Of a stretch of 64,000 bases of DNA, positions 39,091-53,386 are shown in pieces. The notes beneath the pieces were generated by a model. It did not search any database. It saw only the letters and a list, made by a program, of their open reading frames with translations, and was not told the origin of the DNA. Source of the DNA: Pelomyxa schiedti (lineage: Eukaryota > Protista > Evosea); contig JAHLWZ010000275.1 in the NCBI GenBank assembly GCA_020536535.1, positions 1 through 64,000 on the forward strand, given 5' to 3'. Both the position numbers and the translations under genes were made by a program. Numbering within the stretch: position 1 is the stretch's first letter; the number at the start of each line of letters is the position of its first letter.

Positions 39091-42000
39091 ATGTCGGACC
39101 CCAAGTTGGGACCGCCGGCGGCGAGCGGGCGCCCCAGGCCGCCTCCCCCTTCGTCGGCGTCCCCGTCGTCTCTGGCGCTGCGAGGGCAGCCGGGTACCGT
39201 CGGAGGGGGCGCGCGGGACGGCCACGCGTGCTGCTCGGCGTCGCCCCCGCCCCCGCGCCGCCCCGCGCCCCCGTCTCGGCCCCCGCCCACGTCGCCCTCT
39301 CCCCCCATACTCCCCACCCCGGCCCCTACCCCCAGCCCCGCCAGCAGCGGCAGCGGGGGGCCACCCTCGCGGCGCCCTCCCCCAACCCCCACCACCCCTC
39401 CTTCCTCACTGCAGAGCCCTCCTCCGCCTGCCTCAACAACAAACACCACAACCGGCACTGGTACGACTGGCAGTTGTTCGCCGAGAATGTTGGGTGGTTC
39501 TAGACAGCCTCCCCCCGTATCGTCTCCATCTCCACCATTATCATCACCATCATCATCAACAACAGCATCATCACCATCAACGGGCAGAAAATTGTCTGTT
39601 GGAACATCACTTTCGCCTAGTGACCAAATCACACCTTCCAGTACCAAGTTTGACACTTCTTCTAGTGTGTCAGTTGAAGAATCCAATGGGAGCAGCACAG
39701 CCACACCTCTTGAGTCTCGCACACGCTCGACTAGCAATGACTCCTCACTAAGTGGTTACTCTCACTCTGGTGGGGTTTCAATCACTACTACACCTACAAG
39801 CACTTGGGTGCCATCAACAGCACCCAGGAAAAACACAATCCTGATTTCTATGTCGGGCTTATCTCCAAACTCGTCTGCAAAGGATAGTCCCACTCCACTA
39901 AAAACAGCACAAGTACAAGAAAGTTCTCTGCTTGCAACTCCAGCCAATACAACTTCTGATATATCCACAACCAACCCTCCTTGTGAACCAAATAGCACTC
40001 CAAACACTGAAGCTACGTCTTCCAAACCTCCACTAAAACCTGCTCCGGCAATCCCAGTATCAAGCAAACCCAAGCCAACATCCCCAGATAACAGTTCAGA
40101 ACAAAGTATTGCGACTGGTGAAGCCTCTCTTTCTACACCCATAACGATTTCTCCCTCACCACCTTTGGAAACAACATCATCCTCTTGTTCGACAGATTCC
40201 ACAGTTTCACAGGGAACAGAAGAAAATGCTGTAAACTCAGAGGCCGCTCGTAAGAAGCATTTGTCAACTAGATCACCAAATCCAGTTACAGTGTGGAAGT
40301 ACCAGCCACAACAACGTTCCCACCGTCATGCAATCATTCTCTCTAACTCAGCCGCAGCAGCTCTCTCAGAAGCTTCACCAGGAACACCTACCAGCTTGGA
40401 GCCTGAAGTGCCTCGCAGTAGTATTCCACCCACACGTCCACCCCCACCCACTCCACATGCAAGAGCAAATTCTTCCCCGGAAACGCCGCAAGAATCATCT
40501 CCTGCTACTTCCTCTCTGCAAGACTCCGGAGTATCAAGTCAGGGTCAATTAGCCTCACAAGATGTGGAGTGTGTGAGAATAACAACTCAACCAGAAAACC
40601 CACAACAGTCTTCTCCACGGTCAGTGCCCGCCCCGGCAAATTCAGAACAAAGACCGAGAATGGCTTCTGTTGCCTCGCAGCTCACAACTACCTCTTCAAC
40701 TGGAGCACTCAATGTCACCCCTCACCGGAGACCACAACCACCAGTAAGTGCAGCTTCCTGTGCGTCCTTGCAAGTCAACGTTTCTAGAGCTGTACACAAC
40801 GCATTGAGTGTCCCACCTTCAGAATCACTACCTATAGGGCGGCAAGGAGCTGATGAACAGCAAAGAGCCCGAAAAGGCAGTACTGTGGAGATACGTAAAG
40901 GAGGGGATGAATCACCTATTCTACCTTCCTCAGTAAAGAAAGGCGCAAACTTTTGTGGTCTTGCAATCACCTCCCCTGACAACAAGCTGAAGTTGCCAGA
41001 TCGAAATAATCCCAGGAAAGTGCCCGAGACTACTGATCCAAAAAGAAAACTTACCAATTCCAAGAGTTCTGCACCAACAAACTCAGAACCAGTGTGAAAC
41101 TCTTTACCATTCTGCTAATTGCTGACAATTGTTCAGGCCAGGCCTCCAGGAGCAAATTTACTTGCTTCACAGTTACGGTCTGCTGTTGGTGAAAGGTGGG
41201 GTAACATTTCCACCACTATGTACTGACAACTTCGAACAGTTTTATTCTCAGGCAGAAAATGGTGGCAACAGACCAAGTTGAGTACTTTCTAATCTTCACA
41301 GGAGAACAACCTCTAACAAACAGTAGGGCGAAGATGACCCTGAGATATCTCATACCCTTGCAACAGTTTGTTTAAATCCTTCTTACTTCTCTGAGTTTCA
41401 ACTCTAGAAAAGCATAAATATAGTATATAAGGGAACTGTTCCTCCTCAGTATTTCTACTACCACTCTACAATTTCAGTCCAGTCTGTGGTGGCCAATGTT
41501 GCACGTGATGCACACCTTCCCCCAGGCAAAAAGTTGCATCTAGGTATTCCAGACATTGGAATCTGGCTTGGTGACGAATTTCTCACTCAGCCATTGTATT
41601 ATATTCTCACCATACATCCTTCATTCACAAGTCTAGGATGCAACTGCCATTTGTCCAAGTATGCTGCAAGTTAGGGATTTGTTTCTTATTTGAAGTGTCA
41701 GAACTGCCAATGGACACTAAAATCATCCACGATATAGAACCTCTCACTCTTTCTGTAGGATTTCACTACTTTGAAGAAATTAGCCGCTAACATTAAGACA
41801 GCTCATTGCTGAAATGTATATATTTGACCTCGTGGATTCGCGGTATTCAGTACTGATTGGAAAGCACAAGGTAATAGCCCCTTTCACCATGCTTAAAAAA
41901 ATGGAGACAAATTAGGAAGAAGTTGACCATGAGCGTCGAGTTCTAGCAAGGTAATTCTTTTTCCAACCCCCTCTTTTAAATTGCCACTCAGGATGAGACT

Positions 42001-45000
42001 TGCAATGGATTCCACTCTGAGGGCCGAACTTCCTAAATTTGTATATGTTGGCTCCGAGCCTGCTCTAGAGTATCCCTCGGCGGTACTTAATCATCTTTTC
42101 CTCCCCCTAGTGAAGCATTGTAGGTCACTGATTTCACTGTAACCTGCTCCCTGGTCACTGATCCAATTCTCATTTCATGCCCAGGTCACAATCATCTTTC
42201 ATGAGTGTATTTATTTTATTTTTGACATTCTTCCTCAAGGTGACACACCTATCACAATGGTAACAGCCCAAGTTTTCAATGCTTTTCAGTTCAGGGCTCC
42301 AGAACAGTTTTCATCACTTTCCGCCAGTCGTTTCACTCTTAAGGCACATGGATATCACGAATTTCTGGAGGACATGTAACTTTCTTGTTCTGCTGAATGT
42401 TAGGTTTAACTTTAGTCAAGAGATCCCTCACACCCTCTTGTCTTGTGTGATTTTGATTGTGTCCGTAGAGCAGTACTCAAAAGTCAACCATTACAGTTTA
42501 CTTTTATGGAACGGAGGGTGTTATTAACAACACCTACTATTGATCTCAATGAAACCATTGACAAAGTAGGCACGATACTACCTTAATTTTCCTCCCTTAC
42601 TTCAACAAGTTATTAGCACGTGAACCCATACTTTCACCAACTGAGTTATCAAAGCCTACTGTCTCTATCCTGGATATACAAAAAGTGTTTTCTTTAAAAG
42701 TATGACCAGTTAAAGGGGGACAAAAGTCTAAACTATTCAAGATTTGTAGTGTTGAGAACATCAAGGTTATAACGGAAAAAAGATTACGAAAATATTCACT
42801 TCTGTCTAGTGGCCAGTCCTACCTGATGAAAAGCCAAGAGCACCACCTTTCAAAGTTTATGTAATTGCTGGTATTTTCCACTGTGGTGCTTGTATTGCTC
42901 CTCCAGGTTCTTTTTCACCCAGACGTTTTTGTTCCTGAATTTTCCCCAGTATTTACTACTGTTGCTCAGTATCCATTACCCACAGATTTTACTGCATGGG
43001 ATACTTGGCTTCACTTCAATATCACTCTACGCTGTCTACCAAAGGTTCGCTTCACACTCGGCCCTTATAATTTGTTTCCAAAAGGAATCCAGACTACTGT
43101 TCACAATTTTTGCTACAGTAGATGAGGCCCACATTGGGCAAACTCCCACTGAAGTTGGGAAGTATGTTTTTCTTTGAGTTACATTGCCTTGCCTCTTAAC
43201 ATAACCAGCAAAGATACCCCACTTGGATGGGCTGGGATGCATTTGTTTAATCACAAATCAGTGCTAAAATCTGGGAAATTGAAATATAAACTGTGGGAAG
43301 GATCTGCCAACCCGATCGGTAATCTCTGTTAAATACCGATTATTTGTCTCACCAATTTTAGGTGTTTGTGTTGAAAATACAGGAAATAACGCTACTATAC
43401 TTAACATCGAGTTTGAAAAGTACCCTTCAAAAATCATCTTTCCTCTTCCAGAGCTGTTTGGTATTCCTCCTTTTCACAGAACCTTGCTAACAATACCCAA
43501 CAGACAGTGCACTTTCTTCTCCGCCGACGACAACATTACGATTTGGTGAAAAAGAAAAAGCACAACTAAAAACCATCGATAACCTGGGTAAGTTTGACTT
43601 CTCTCTTCATTTGTTTCATGAAAGGTCAGATCCACTTCTGCCACTTACGGAGGAAGATAAGGATTTCCTTTGGGAATTCCGGGAAATGCTAATGAAGCTA
43701 AAACCACGTGCACTACCTAAATTGATGCGCTGTGTCCGCTGGCACATTCCCGAACATGTTGAATGCAATCTTTATCCTTTATTTTTTTAAATGTTTGTTC
43801 TTGAAAAAAAAAGGCTAGTGAAGCCCACAGGTAAGAGACCTAAAAAAGATTAAAAACGTTCCAGTAATAATGGCACACATAAAGAATTCTCAAATTGTGG
43901 CCCCTTCTCAAGCCAACAGCTGCATTGGAGGTTGCTGAATTCTGAAGTGTTACAATGAACTAACATTAGGAAATAGCTTCTAGACGCCAGATTTGCAGAT
44001 GAACAAGTTAGACAATTCGCTATCAAATGCATCAATACGATGTCCGACCCCCAATTGTCCAGCTTGTTATTGCAACTAACACAGGTTTCCCTTCTCACCC
44101 ACCTAAACTGTTCCCAATTTCCACTAGGTTCTTAAGTATGAACCTCATCACGGTTCAGACTTAAGCCACTTTTTGCTGCACAGAGCTCTGAAAAATAAAA
44201 CTGTGGTTGGGCATATGCTGTTTTGGTATTTAAAGGTGCTTCAGTGAGTATGTTGGTTGCATGCTAATGTACAGTAGTCTGAAATGCACGTGGACACAAT
44301 ATCAGAAAGGTATGGCATTCTAATTGAGGCCTTTCTGAGGGGATCTGGAATCTACCGCCAAGAATTCCTAAAAGAAGTACTTTTTTTTTCATCCAGTAAT
44401 TTCCCCTCATTCTTCCAGCATAAACTTCTGCAAGCGTTAGAGAATGTAGCTCGTCATGTGAAAACCCTTCCAAAAGAAGATAGAATCAGAGAAGCACGTG
44501 AACTACTAGCAAAGATTCCCTTCACTGGGCCTGTTCAACTACCTCTTGATCCCAGGTACCTTTTTTCGTAAACTAATTAGATAATCTTATCCAATCTCCA
44601 GGTTCGTAGTTCAGGGTTTTATTATTGAAAAATGCAAAGTTATGGACAGTAAGAAGGTAATGTTTTGACTCAAAGCAGAGTCTGAAAATAACCAAGGTCC
44701 CACTTTGGCTGGTTTTTCGAAATAGTGAACAGACAGCACCCCCAATTTTAGTGATCTTCAAAACGGGTGATGACTTGAGGCAAGATATTCTTACACTACA
44801 GGTCTCTTACAATTCCTCTTATCCATTTACCCTCCGTACCTGTTATTAATTGGTTAATAGATGTTGAGGTATGATTGCATGGTTTTAAGATCACACTAAA
44901 AATTGTACAGATTGATGGATTCAATGTGGAAAAACAGTGGGTTAGATTTGCGGCTTCAACCCTACCGATGCGTTGCCACTGGAGATAACATTGGCATGAT

Positions 45001-46001
45001 CGAGGTTGTTCTGAATGCTGCCACAAATGCTGCTATAAATAGGGTTTGCTCAGTTACATGAGGTGGTTGCCAACTGTTTGTAAGGATCGCGGAGGAACTG
45101 TGGCAATAATGTCGAATGATACTCTCTCCCTGTGGTTAAGGGAGCATAATCCCAATGGTACGAGCAGTGCTCCACTTAATTCTAACTGTATTGTAGATTT
45201 AGAGTATGGGTCTGCTGTTATAAATTTTATGCTTTCATGTGCGGTACGTTTAAACATGTTACGGCCTTATCTATTCCTAGGTGCTGGATACTGTGTTGCA
45301 ACATACATACTCGGCATTGGTGACCGTCATGCAGATAACGTTATGATAACCAAAAACGGCTTATTTTTTCGTAATTTCCCGGTTTTTTACATGACTTTTT
45401 GTAACTAGTTCCTAGATATTGACTTCGGACATTTTTTGGGCAATGTGGCTTTCTCCTTCATAAAAAAAAAACCTTCACTCACTGTTGCCAGATGAAATCG
45501 AAATTTGGAGTGAAAAGAGAACGTGCTCCCTTTAAATTCACACCACAGTACGCATACATACTTGGTGGTAGGGAAGGAAGCGATTTCCACCAGTTCGAGG
45601 TTTATTTCGCGTTCATTCACATTACACTGACACCCAACCTCACATGTCAGGAACTCTGTGGCAGAGCATACAATATCCTGCGAACGGATACTTCTCTTTT
45701 CATCACATTATTTAGTTTGGTGTGCATTGCACCCCTTAAAAATCAAAATCCTAATTGCTACATCTTTAGATGCTGAGTACCGGCATTCCTGAGCTACAAA
45801 CGGAATCGGATCTGGAGTATTTGAGAAAAGCACTTTGTGTTGGTGATGATAATGTAGCTGCAGCCGAGAGGTTCAAAAAATTGATAACAAAGTCACTAAA
45901 CGCCAAGAGTCAAGTAAAAACTTCTAACCACACAAAGAAAACACTAACGGTACTGCAAATAGACTCTTAATGATATTGCACATGGACTTGCACATAGATA
46001 G
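39091..46001 (+). CDS. Class I phosphatidylinositol 3-kinase (long Pro/Ser-rich N-terminus, RBD-like, C2, PIK helical, kinase); multi-exon
   Basis: [23 protein letters not shown]|[13 protein letters not shown]|[56 protein letters not shown]. Confidence 0.95.
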
Positions 46002-46201
46002 AACCATCTACTTAAACTAGTATATGCCTTTGTATAAAAATGTTACTCCTGAGGTTTTTTGTTGTTTCCTGGCAACGAATCTCTGCAGTTCCTTAGATAC
46101 ATTATGTAGTTGTCTCCGTGTATACAGTTGGGATGGACATGAGAGTGTAAAAAAAAAAAGGATTCCTTTGTTTTGCTTTGCTTTGTAAAAAGGCAACAAA
46201 A

Positions 46202-49161
46202 TCAACAGGAGGATATGGTTAGGTCTGAGAGGTCTGGCGAGCCATGCAACTGAAGACTCTACATACAGTAAGAGAATTACTGTACAGGAAGCTAACTACC
46301 TTCTCGTTGGATAGATGCAGCACACAAATAAAGCAGAACGGAACTGACACATCAGCCAATGCTGAAGCCGGCATGTAAGCTTGGAGTCTTTCTATTACAG
46401 CATGGAGGCTTTTGGAGGTGCCAGGGGCCATCTTCAGGCTGTGATGCCTACCTTTACTACTGGGAGCCTAGCACATGTTAATACTGTTACCGGCAGTTAA
46501 AGAACAGTACTGTTGGAGGATCATCACACAGAATGCGCCAGATGCTCTCCTTCAAGGCAACAACGTCGACTTGTTTGTGGTACCGTGCATAGTTCAGTAA
46601 AATATGCTCTGGTAACTTGGGTTTTGGGATCAATTGAAGGCCTTGCTGTTGAGATTTGGGTATTGCACAATCAACAACACCGTCGGGATTGGTTGGAGGC
46701 ATAATATCTGTATCTGGTTTTAATGCAAGAGGCTGTTGTTCCGCTCCAAAATCGGCACAGCCTTCGTCACCTTCATCAAGGCCATTTCCATCCACTGCAG
46801 GAGTGGAAAGTTCGTCATTCTGAATTCTCTTCCGGGCCTTGGCAAGGAAATTAACACTGGTTTGATGTGGGGTCACATACAACTTGAAAATGCCAATCTG
46901 GTTTCGTAAATAGACGAGATAACATGCTTGTGTCATAATGGCAATCAGCAGGAAGAGTTGTGTCTGTCTCCGACAGCTTTCTTAATGCTGCCTCCGAGAG
47001 TGTTGTGCGGGTTTTACCAGGTGGAGCAAATGCTACCTTCATTCTTTTTTAAATGCAAGCCTCGATAAGAAGAAGACTTACAGCAGGGTCAAAATCAGAA
47101 GGATCTGTGAAGTTGAGGAACTGCTGTTTTTTGGTCCGCCTTTTTTTAGCAGTAGGTTCAGATCCTTTTGATCGTGGTTTTGCGGGTCCTTGAATCACAG
47201 ATTATCATAAAAGAAAATTCGAGCAGCTGTTTACGCTTTGCAGATTTAGAAAATTGCCAATGGTCTGGTCCTGCCCAGTTTTGTACACACTTTGGATCAA
47301 AGTAGTGATAGTCACTTACTAATTCCAATGCTTTTATTGAATCAACAGGTGGTGGTGCATTCTGTGCGATGTTAATGCCACTAAGAATTGTGGAATACAC
47401 TCACTACTTCCTCAGCTTCATCACCTTGTGGAGCATGGCTAGGGGCATCAAAGAAGCCTGGCCTCTATTCAATAAATCACTGTGGTGAGTAAATATTGTA
47501 GAAATACATCGTCGTCATCGTCAGGAGGTGGTGGTTCCTCTGGGCTTTGATCGGGAGAATTTGACTTCTCATCTGCTATGTCCTGTCTCCAATTACTTGC
47601 ACCAACAGAAGAAATTAGATGGTACAATATCATCCAGATGTTTTCCAGTGTCGCTTCCAACAGTAAGATCTTTAAACGTCGGACATATATCATTATTCAA
47701 TGATTTTTGGAGGGCTCGTCCAGATGCTGTGTTTGAAAGTTGGAGACAAAAACCTTCCAATACACAGACTTATGAATTCTGGAACAGATATCGGCTCATC
47801 TATAAAAGATAATTCAACACTATCAGCTACAGCATCAGCGGAGTCTAGGATCAATTCTAGGCCGTGTCTACTTGCTATGTGGTTTAATAAAAGACCTCTT
47901 TTTTAAGTAAGTGAAGCGAAACGAGCCTTTTTTACCTTGCTCCACCAAGATTGAAAGCAGCTGATGTCTTACGAAAAAGTGGATCGACTTCAAAAATGGT
48001 CTCAAGTTTCTTAGCATTGAGACTTTCCAAGTTTGTTTCAATTGTTGATGTATAGGCACTCGCCTGAATTATCAAGCACTAGTAAGTTAACTTTGTGATA
48101 CAGCTGAAGAGACCTTTTCTTTTTTCTTTGACCTTGGTTTGGTGGCAGCTTCCTCATTTTGATTGGGTGCATCAACAACATCTTCTGGCCCTTTGTCCTT
48201 GGCAGTAATAGCCTCAGTATCTACAGGTTCTTCTTCCTTATCCCCACCTTCTTCATCCTCACCTTGGTTGTAGGAGTTAGCACCTCTCCAAGTTTAGCAC
48301 TTCCAACCTGGCTGATTTTTTCCTGTTGAAAGACCACCAAGAATTTTGTACGCAGATGTATATGTGCTATCTACACGAGCAGAGTATATTTTTACACCAG
48401 CATCAAGAGTGCAACTTGCCATCTGGGAAGTTGTAAGGATGGACCGAGGTGCAGTGAAGTACCTGAAAGTTATCTTGATCTCGATCAATGACAGCATCCA
48501 TGTAATCAATCAAGTCAAGATTCCAGGCATTTTTTTGATTTACTTTCTGTAAAAAGTTGTTATTTTTCAATAAATTAGCCACAATACACGTGGGCAATAC
48601 ATACATCCTGAGTGACAAGCTTTATACAGTGAGAGTACAGGTCTGCCAGCTGTGCATTGCTTAACGAGCGAGGAGTGTCGGGTGCCCTACAGGGAAATTC
48701 ATTTGGGAAATAGAACATTGGGATTCCATACTGTGGTGGGCCAAGGTGGGACTTTGAGTGCTCACGAGGCGGAGTAACTTATGTTAACTATTACAAAAGA
48801 ACGAACTGGTTTCTTCCACGCCAAAAGGGCCAAAGGAGGAGAAAAGATATAACCCATAAAATCTACCCAAAAAAAGAAAAAACGCACTTGGTAACGGAAT
48901 TATAGAAGAAGAGGGAGTGGTAGTGATGCCCACAGGAGCAGCAACCCCCAACCTCCCACGTGACGACGAAGATGCAGCACCAGGTGCCACAACAACGACA
49001 CCGGAACCACCGCCGCCGCCATTAACACCTACACCACCAGATCCGGTGCCGTGACTACGAGGGGGTGCCGCCGCTGTTGTGGTTAGATCTGACGATGTGG
49101 TTGCCGTGCTATTGCCGACCGCAACGCTCAGACGGCGCCTGCTTGCGCCCGTTGACGCCAT
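46202..49161 (-). CDS. NCAPH: Condensin I kleisin subunit CAP-H (Barren/Cnd2/Brn1); multi-exon
   Basis: KVNQKNAWNLDLID, NFQ|MASCTLDAGVKIYSARVDS, WAGPDHWQF, LPADCHYD, VDVVALKESIW, SVPFCFICVLHLSNEK. Confidence 0.92.
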
Positions 49162-49375
49162 TCCCCTGCGTGCGTCTGATCAGAACTGTTTTTTTTTTTT
49201 TTTGGGGAATGGCTAGCCTCCAGGCAGTCCGGGAAGCTCTTTTACTTGGTTAATACAAGAAGGAAATCATTCCATATTTTAGCTTAGGCACCAGCACCAC
49301 TTTGACAGCTTGGGAACCAACCAAGTTGGGACAGCCCTTGCGGTGAACTCAAGTTTTCTGGCAGAAAACAAACCC

Positions 49376-52069
49376 TCAGCAAGGAGTCCATACTTCGATT
49401 TCAGCTACCATCCACGAGTTGGTTGTGCCAGCAAGGTATTCATTTGGGGGGTTGTGGGGTGGTGCCTCGACGTAGGGTTCGGACAGGGTTGAGTAGCAGT
49501 GTGGTTGCATGTTGCAGTTGTCACATATGTACAAGCTTACACCACCAATGTAGCAGGGTCCGCTTGAGGAGAGACAATAAATGCAGTGAAGGTGGTCCTT
49601 GCACCTTAGGATTCTGCCTGTTGTGGTTCCGCCACGCACTAGGCTGTACACAAATGTGCGTCCTCCACACCCTCCTTTCCAGACACTTTTACTGTCAAAC
49701 TGAAGGTGTGTGTATCCTCCAAATACATCTGTGTGCTTTGAGCCAGGAGGATAAAAAAAAACCCATACAGTTGTCTGTTGTTCTGACAATGGACAGTGTT
49801 GGCGTCATGCAGTCGCACAGTTGGTGGAACTTGGCAGCAGCGAAACCATGGTCTGATCCACGCCACAGCAGCCGCCACTTTCTGTTTGCCATCGTGCGCC
49901 CCATGGCGCCCTCTCCACAAACAACCATATCATGAAGTTTGTTGTCAAGCTCACGTGTCGTGAGTATCTTGCTTCCTGGGAATGCTCTGTAAATAGCGTG
50001 AGACTCTACGTCAATAACGCTGTTATGTTGGTGTGCTTTTGGGAAGGAACACACATTTCAACAACAGAAATGATGAGAGGAGAGCCAACGATGTTGTTGT
50101 TGTTGACTTTGACTGTGAGTGTGTGATCTCCAGTTGGGCACGGAGACATTCTCACTACAAGGTGTCCTGGTCCCTCCTCCACCCTCTCTTCTATGAAAAT
50201 TTCGGTTGCCATTCCATCCTTCCCTGGTCCCTAAAGTAGTAGCTTTGTGGATGGATGGCAAAGAAAAGGAGGAAGAGGACCATGCAAGAACAAGTAAGTG
50301 CCGACTTGCACCCGGAGGGTTTCCCTGTTTTGCCACACAGTTGGATTGCTGCAACAACGATCGGCTCTTTGGAGAGGTATACTGGCCCCATCTCTGCTCT
50401 CTCAATCTTGCTTTGTGTTGCATCAACTGTCATGTATTTTTTGGAATGAGTGATGGGTGCACTATGGTTCTGTGTGTCGGGGATAAAGAACCTGGAGGAA
50501 AAAGCTGCAAGTCCCTTATTACAGTGGAAAGGTGGCTGCAGTCGAGTGATAGTTCATCAAGTTGGGATGCACCTGGAAACACCATGCTCCCACTTGCGAA
50601 TTGTGTTGCCAAGCTGGCTGCATGAATGGCAACAACTCCAAAATTCATAAATCCAAATGGATCTTCTTCGTTCAACCTTTGTGTGGACATCTCGGCACAT
50701 GAAATCTGGAATCTAGTGGGAAAAAAAAGAAGTCTAAGAAAAGTCTCTACCCCACACTTGACTGATGAAAGTCGTAAGTCAACAGATTGAATTTGCGCCT
50801 CAAGTCTGCACTCTTTCATGTTTTGCTTTCTTTCAACAAGCTCGCACAGCTGATTTTCCTTTAGTTCCAGCAACTTGTGCATTTCACTTATCTTGAGGGC
50901 AAGAATAAGAATGGTAACCGGAAACAAAGAACGGGTATGACAAACTGTTTCTTTGATAGAGGCGCATTGGTTTCTTTTTTCCATTTCTGTTTCCCCTTTG
51001 ATTTTTTCAAGCCTCGACCTGAAAGCCTGGGAAAAAATGTGAGTTGCCAATTAGATGGAAAATAGCAGACCATCAATTCATCTACACACTGCAACAGAGA
51101 AACATTTTTAGAACTTAGTTGTGGAACAAGTAATTTCCTCCCTTCATCAAGATCAACGCACTCGTGTTGTATGTGCTATTTGTAAAAAAATATTCAGGTG
51201 AGTTCTCATGTGAATCTTCCAGAAAGATAGCAGAGGAAGAGAGGAGGTACATACAGCACCAATGATGAAACACTTGTCACAGATGAGTTCATTGCACTGT
51301 TTGCAAAATAGGCCCCGCTTTTCTTTCCTGTGAATGCGGCAGTATTTTGGTGAATATTGCTTTCCAGGAACCACGGGGCTGATCCCCAAGCCAACAACCA
51401 CATGTCCCTTGAGCGCTGGAATTTCGTGCATTTGTTTTGAGTGTTTCGCACAGAGCTTGATTGAGGTGTATAAGTTCGAAAGAAGAAACTCAATATCACC
51501 AGAGATGACAGACGCACCATTCCACAAGTTTCACACTTGAATGATGAGGATTTCTCCCGACACAAACTACACAGGTTCACAGTGTTGGAACTCGTTGTGT
51601 GTTCTTCCAATAGGTTTGCACCACGAATAACGGATCTCAGGTCCACGTTCACAGCCAGTGAAGCAGACGTGAGTGCCGTTCCGCATCCAAATCCACATTC
51701 TATCTCCTTTGCTTGCTTTAGTGATAAATGGTTCCGTGGAGAAGAGAAAGGTGACAGGCCTAAAACAAGCACAACGACGCATTCCCATCCCAAACATACC
51801 GACAGAGAAGGGTCAGCAGAGAACTTTCTCTGAGCACAAGCGAGACACACACTGTGGAAGCACACAGGGAACGTGACGGGTTCAACAAGAACACCTCCGC
51901 AAATGTGACACCCAAACGCCTTAGTCCATCAACTCACAAGTTAGACGCCCATAACACAACGCATTTTTTTTTTTGTAGAAGAAGAAGAGCCACAGACGGT
52001 GCAAGTGTTAGCCCTGGCAACAGTGCCCGTAGTCGTGGTACCCGCCAAGTTGGGATATGAAGCTGCCAT
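49376..52069 (-). CDS. TRIM-like E3 ligase: RING - B-box1 - B-box2 - coiled coil - filamin repeat - TLDc; multi-exon
   Basis: CHICGG..PVTFPVCFHSVCLAC; CSLC..CETC; CRIH..LFCKQCNELICDKC; GDHTLTVKVNNNNIVGSP; WRLLWRGSDHGFAAAKFHQLCD..FGGYT..EIEVW. Confidence 0.82.
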
Positions 52070-52143
52070 TTTTTCGCGAGTTTCGTTGCGTCGGCACTCA
52101 CACAGGGGGCCAAAAAAAAGGGAAAAAAAAACCGATTCGGAAG

Positions 52144-53168
52144 ATGGACCCGCACGTGCGGTGTGTCGAATCGTTTGGGATGGATGTGGAGATTGAGCAG
52201 GACTTTAGCGGGGAACTAGGGGCTACGGTGTGGGATGCCGCCTTGGTTTTGTGCAAGTACTTTGAGTGCACGTCGGAATTTCCTCCTGGTATATTGCTCG
52301 GAAAGTTGTAATATCCCCCCCCCCCCCTCGTTGTGCCTTGTGGTGCGGCGCAGGTGAAGTAGACCCTATAAATATATCATAACCCTTTATTTTATTTTTA
52401 TAACTCTCAATAGGTTTCTTCCAGAGGAAAAGAGTTTTAGAACTGGGAGCTGGTACTGGCCTTGTGGGAATCATTCTTGCCCGTCTGGGTACTTTCTTTT
52501 CAATTTGGTTCTTGTTTTTGACTCGTGCAGGCGCTGTGGTTACAATAACGGATATGCCTCATATGTTACCTTTAATTCAACGAAATGTGGCAAGAAATAG
52601 AGCACCGAGAGTCACTGTCTCGCCTCTAACCTGGTTTGCGGAGATATGTGACTTCAAAACATATAAACCGACACAGGGGGGAAGATAATCACGCTATGGC
52701 TGGACAGTTTGACATTGTAGTTGCATCTGACGTAATCAGTACCTCATGTTACGACTATCAAGTAATCAATCTAGAATCACCCCGAACCTGGTACCGACAC
52801 TCAAGTAGGCTCTTATAAAAACCCTTCGCGATATTTGCACTCCAGATACGCGCATCATTCTGAGCAACGAGAGGAGGAACGTTAAAGATGTAAACTTCTT
52901 CAAAGAGATTGTCGAGGATTTCAGTTTCCACAAGGTAACTCTCCCTTTACTTTCCTATCAAAATAACCCTAACTTCTCCATTCAGGTTCCCAATGAAGAA
53001 CTCGATCCCGTGTGGTGTGCAGTAACTTACACCAGTTCCAAGTCCAACTAACTTCCTATCTGGCTGTTTAGGAACGCCCCCGAGATTGGGGTCTTCAACA
53101 TCTACCGACGGGTCGTCACCACCCAACAACCACCAACAGAAACAACCACACCTTCGTCGTCCTCATAA
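52144..53168 (+). CDS. METTL21/VCPKMT-like protein-lysine methyltransferase (family 16); multi-exon
   Basis: GATVWDAALVL, KRVLELGAGTGLVGI, VTITD, FDIVVASDV. Confidence 0.88.
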
Positions 53169-53386
53169 TTGAAGACCTTACCTTTAACAAAGAAGCTCTC
53201 CTGGAGAAACCAAATGAACATAGACAAAGCTAATTCGTGAAACGAGTAAAAATAAGTTATTGTTGAACAAATAAGCCAAAGAGTTTCTGTTTTATTCCCC
53301 AGTGAGAGGAGGAATGCACTTTGATTACACTTCATTTAGGTTATAGTGGGCAAGGCAACGACAAAAAAAAAAAGGTTTGTGGTGTA

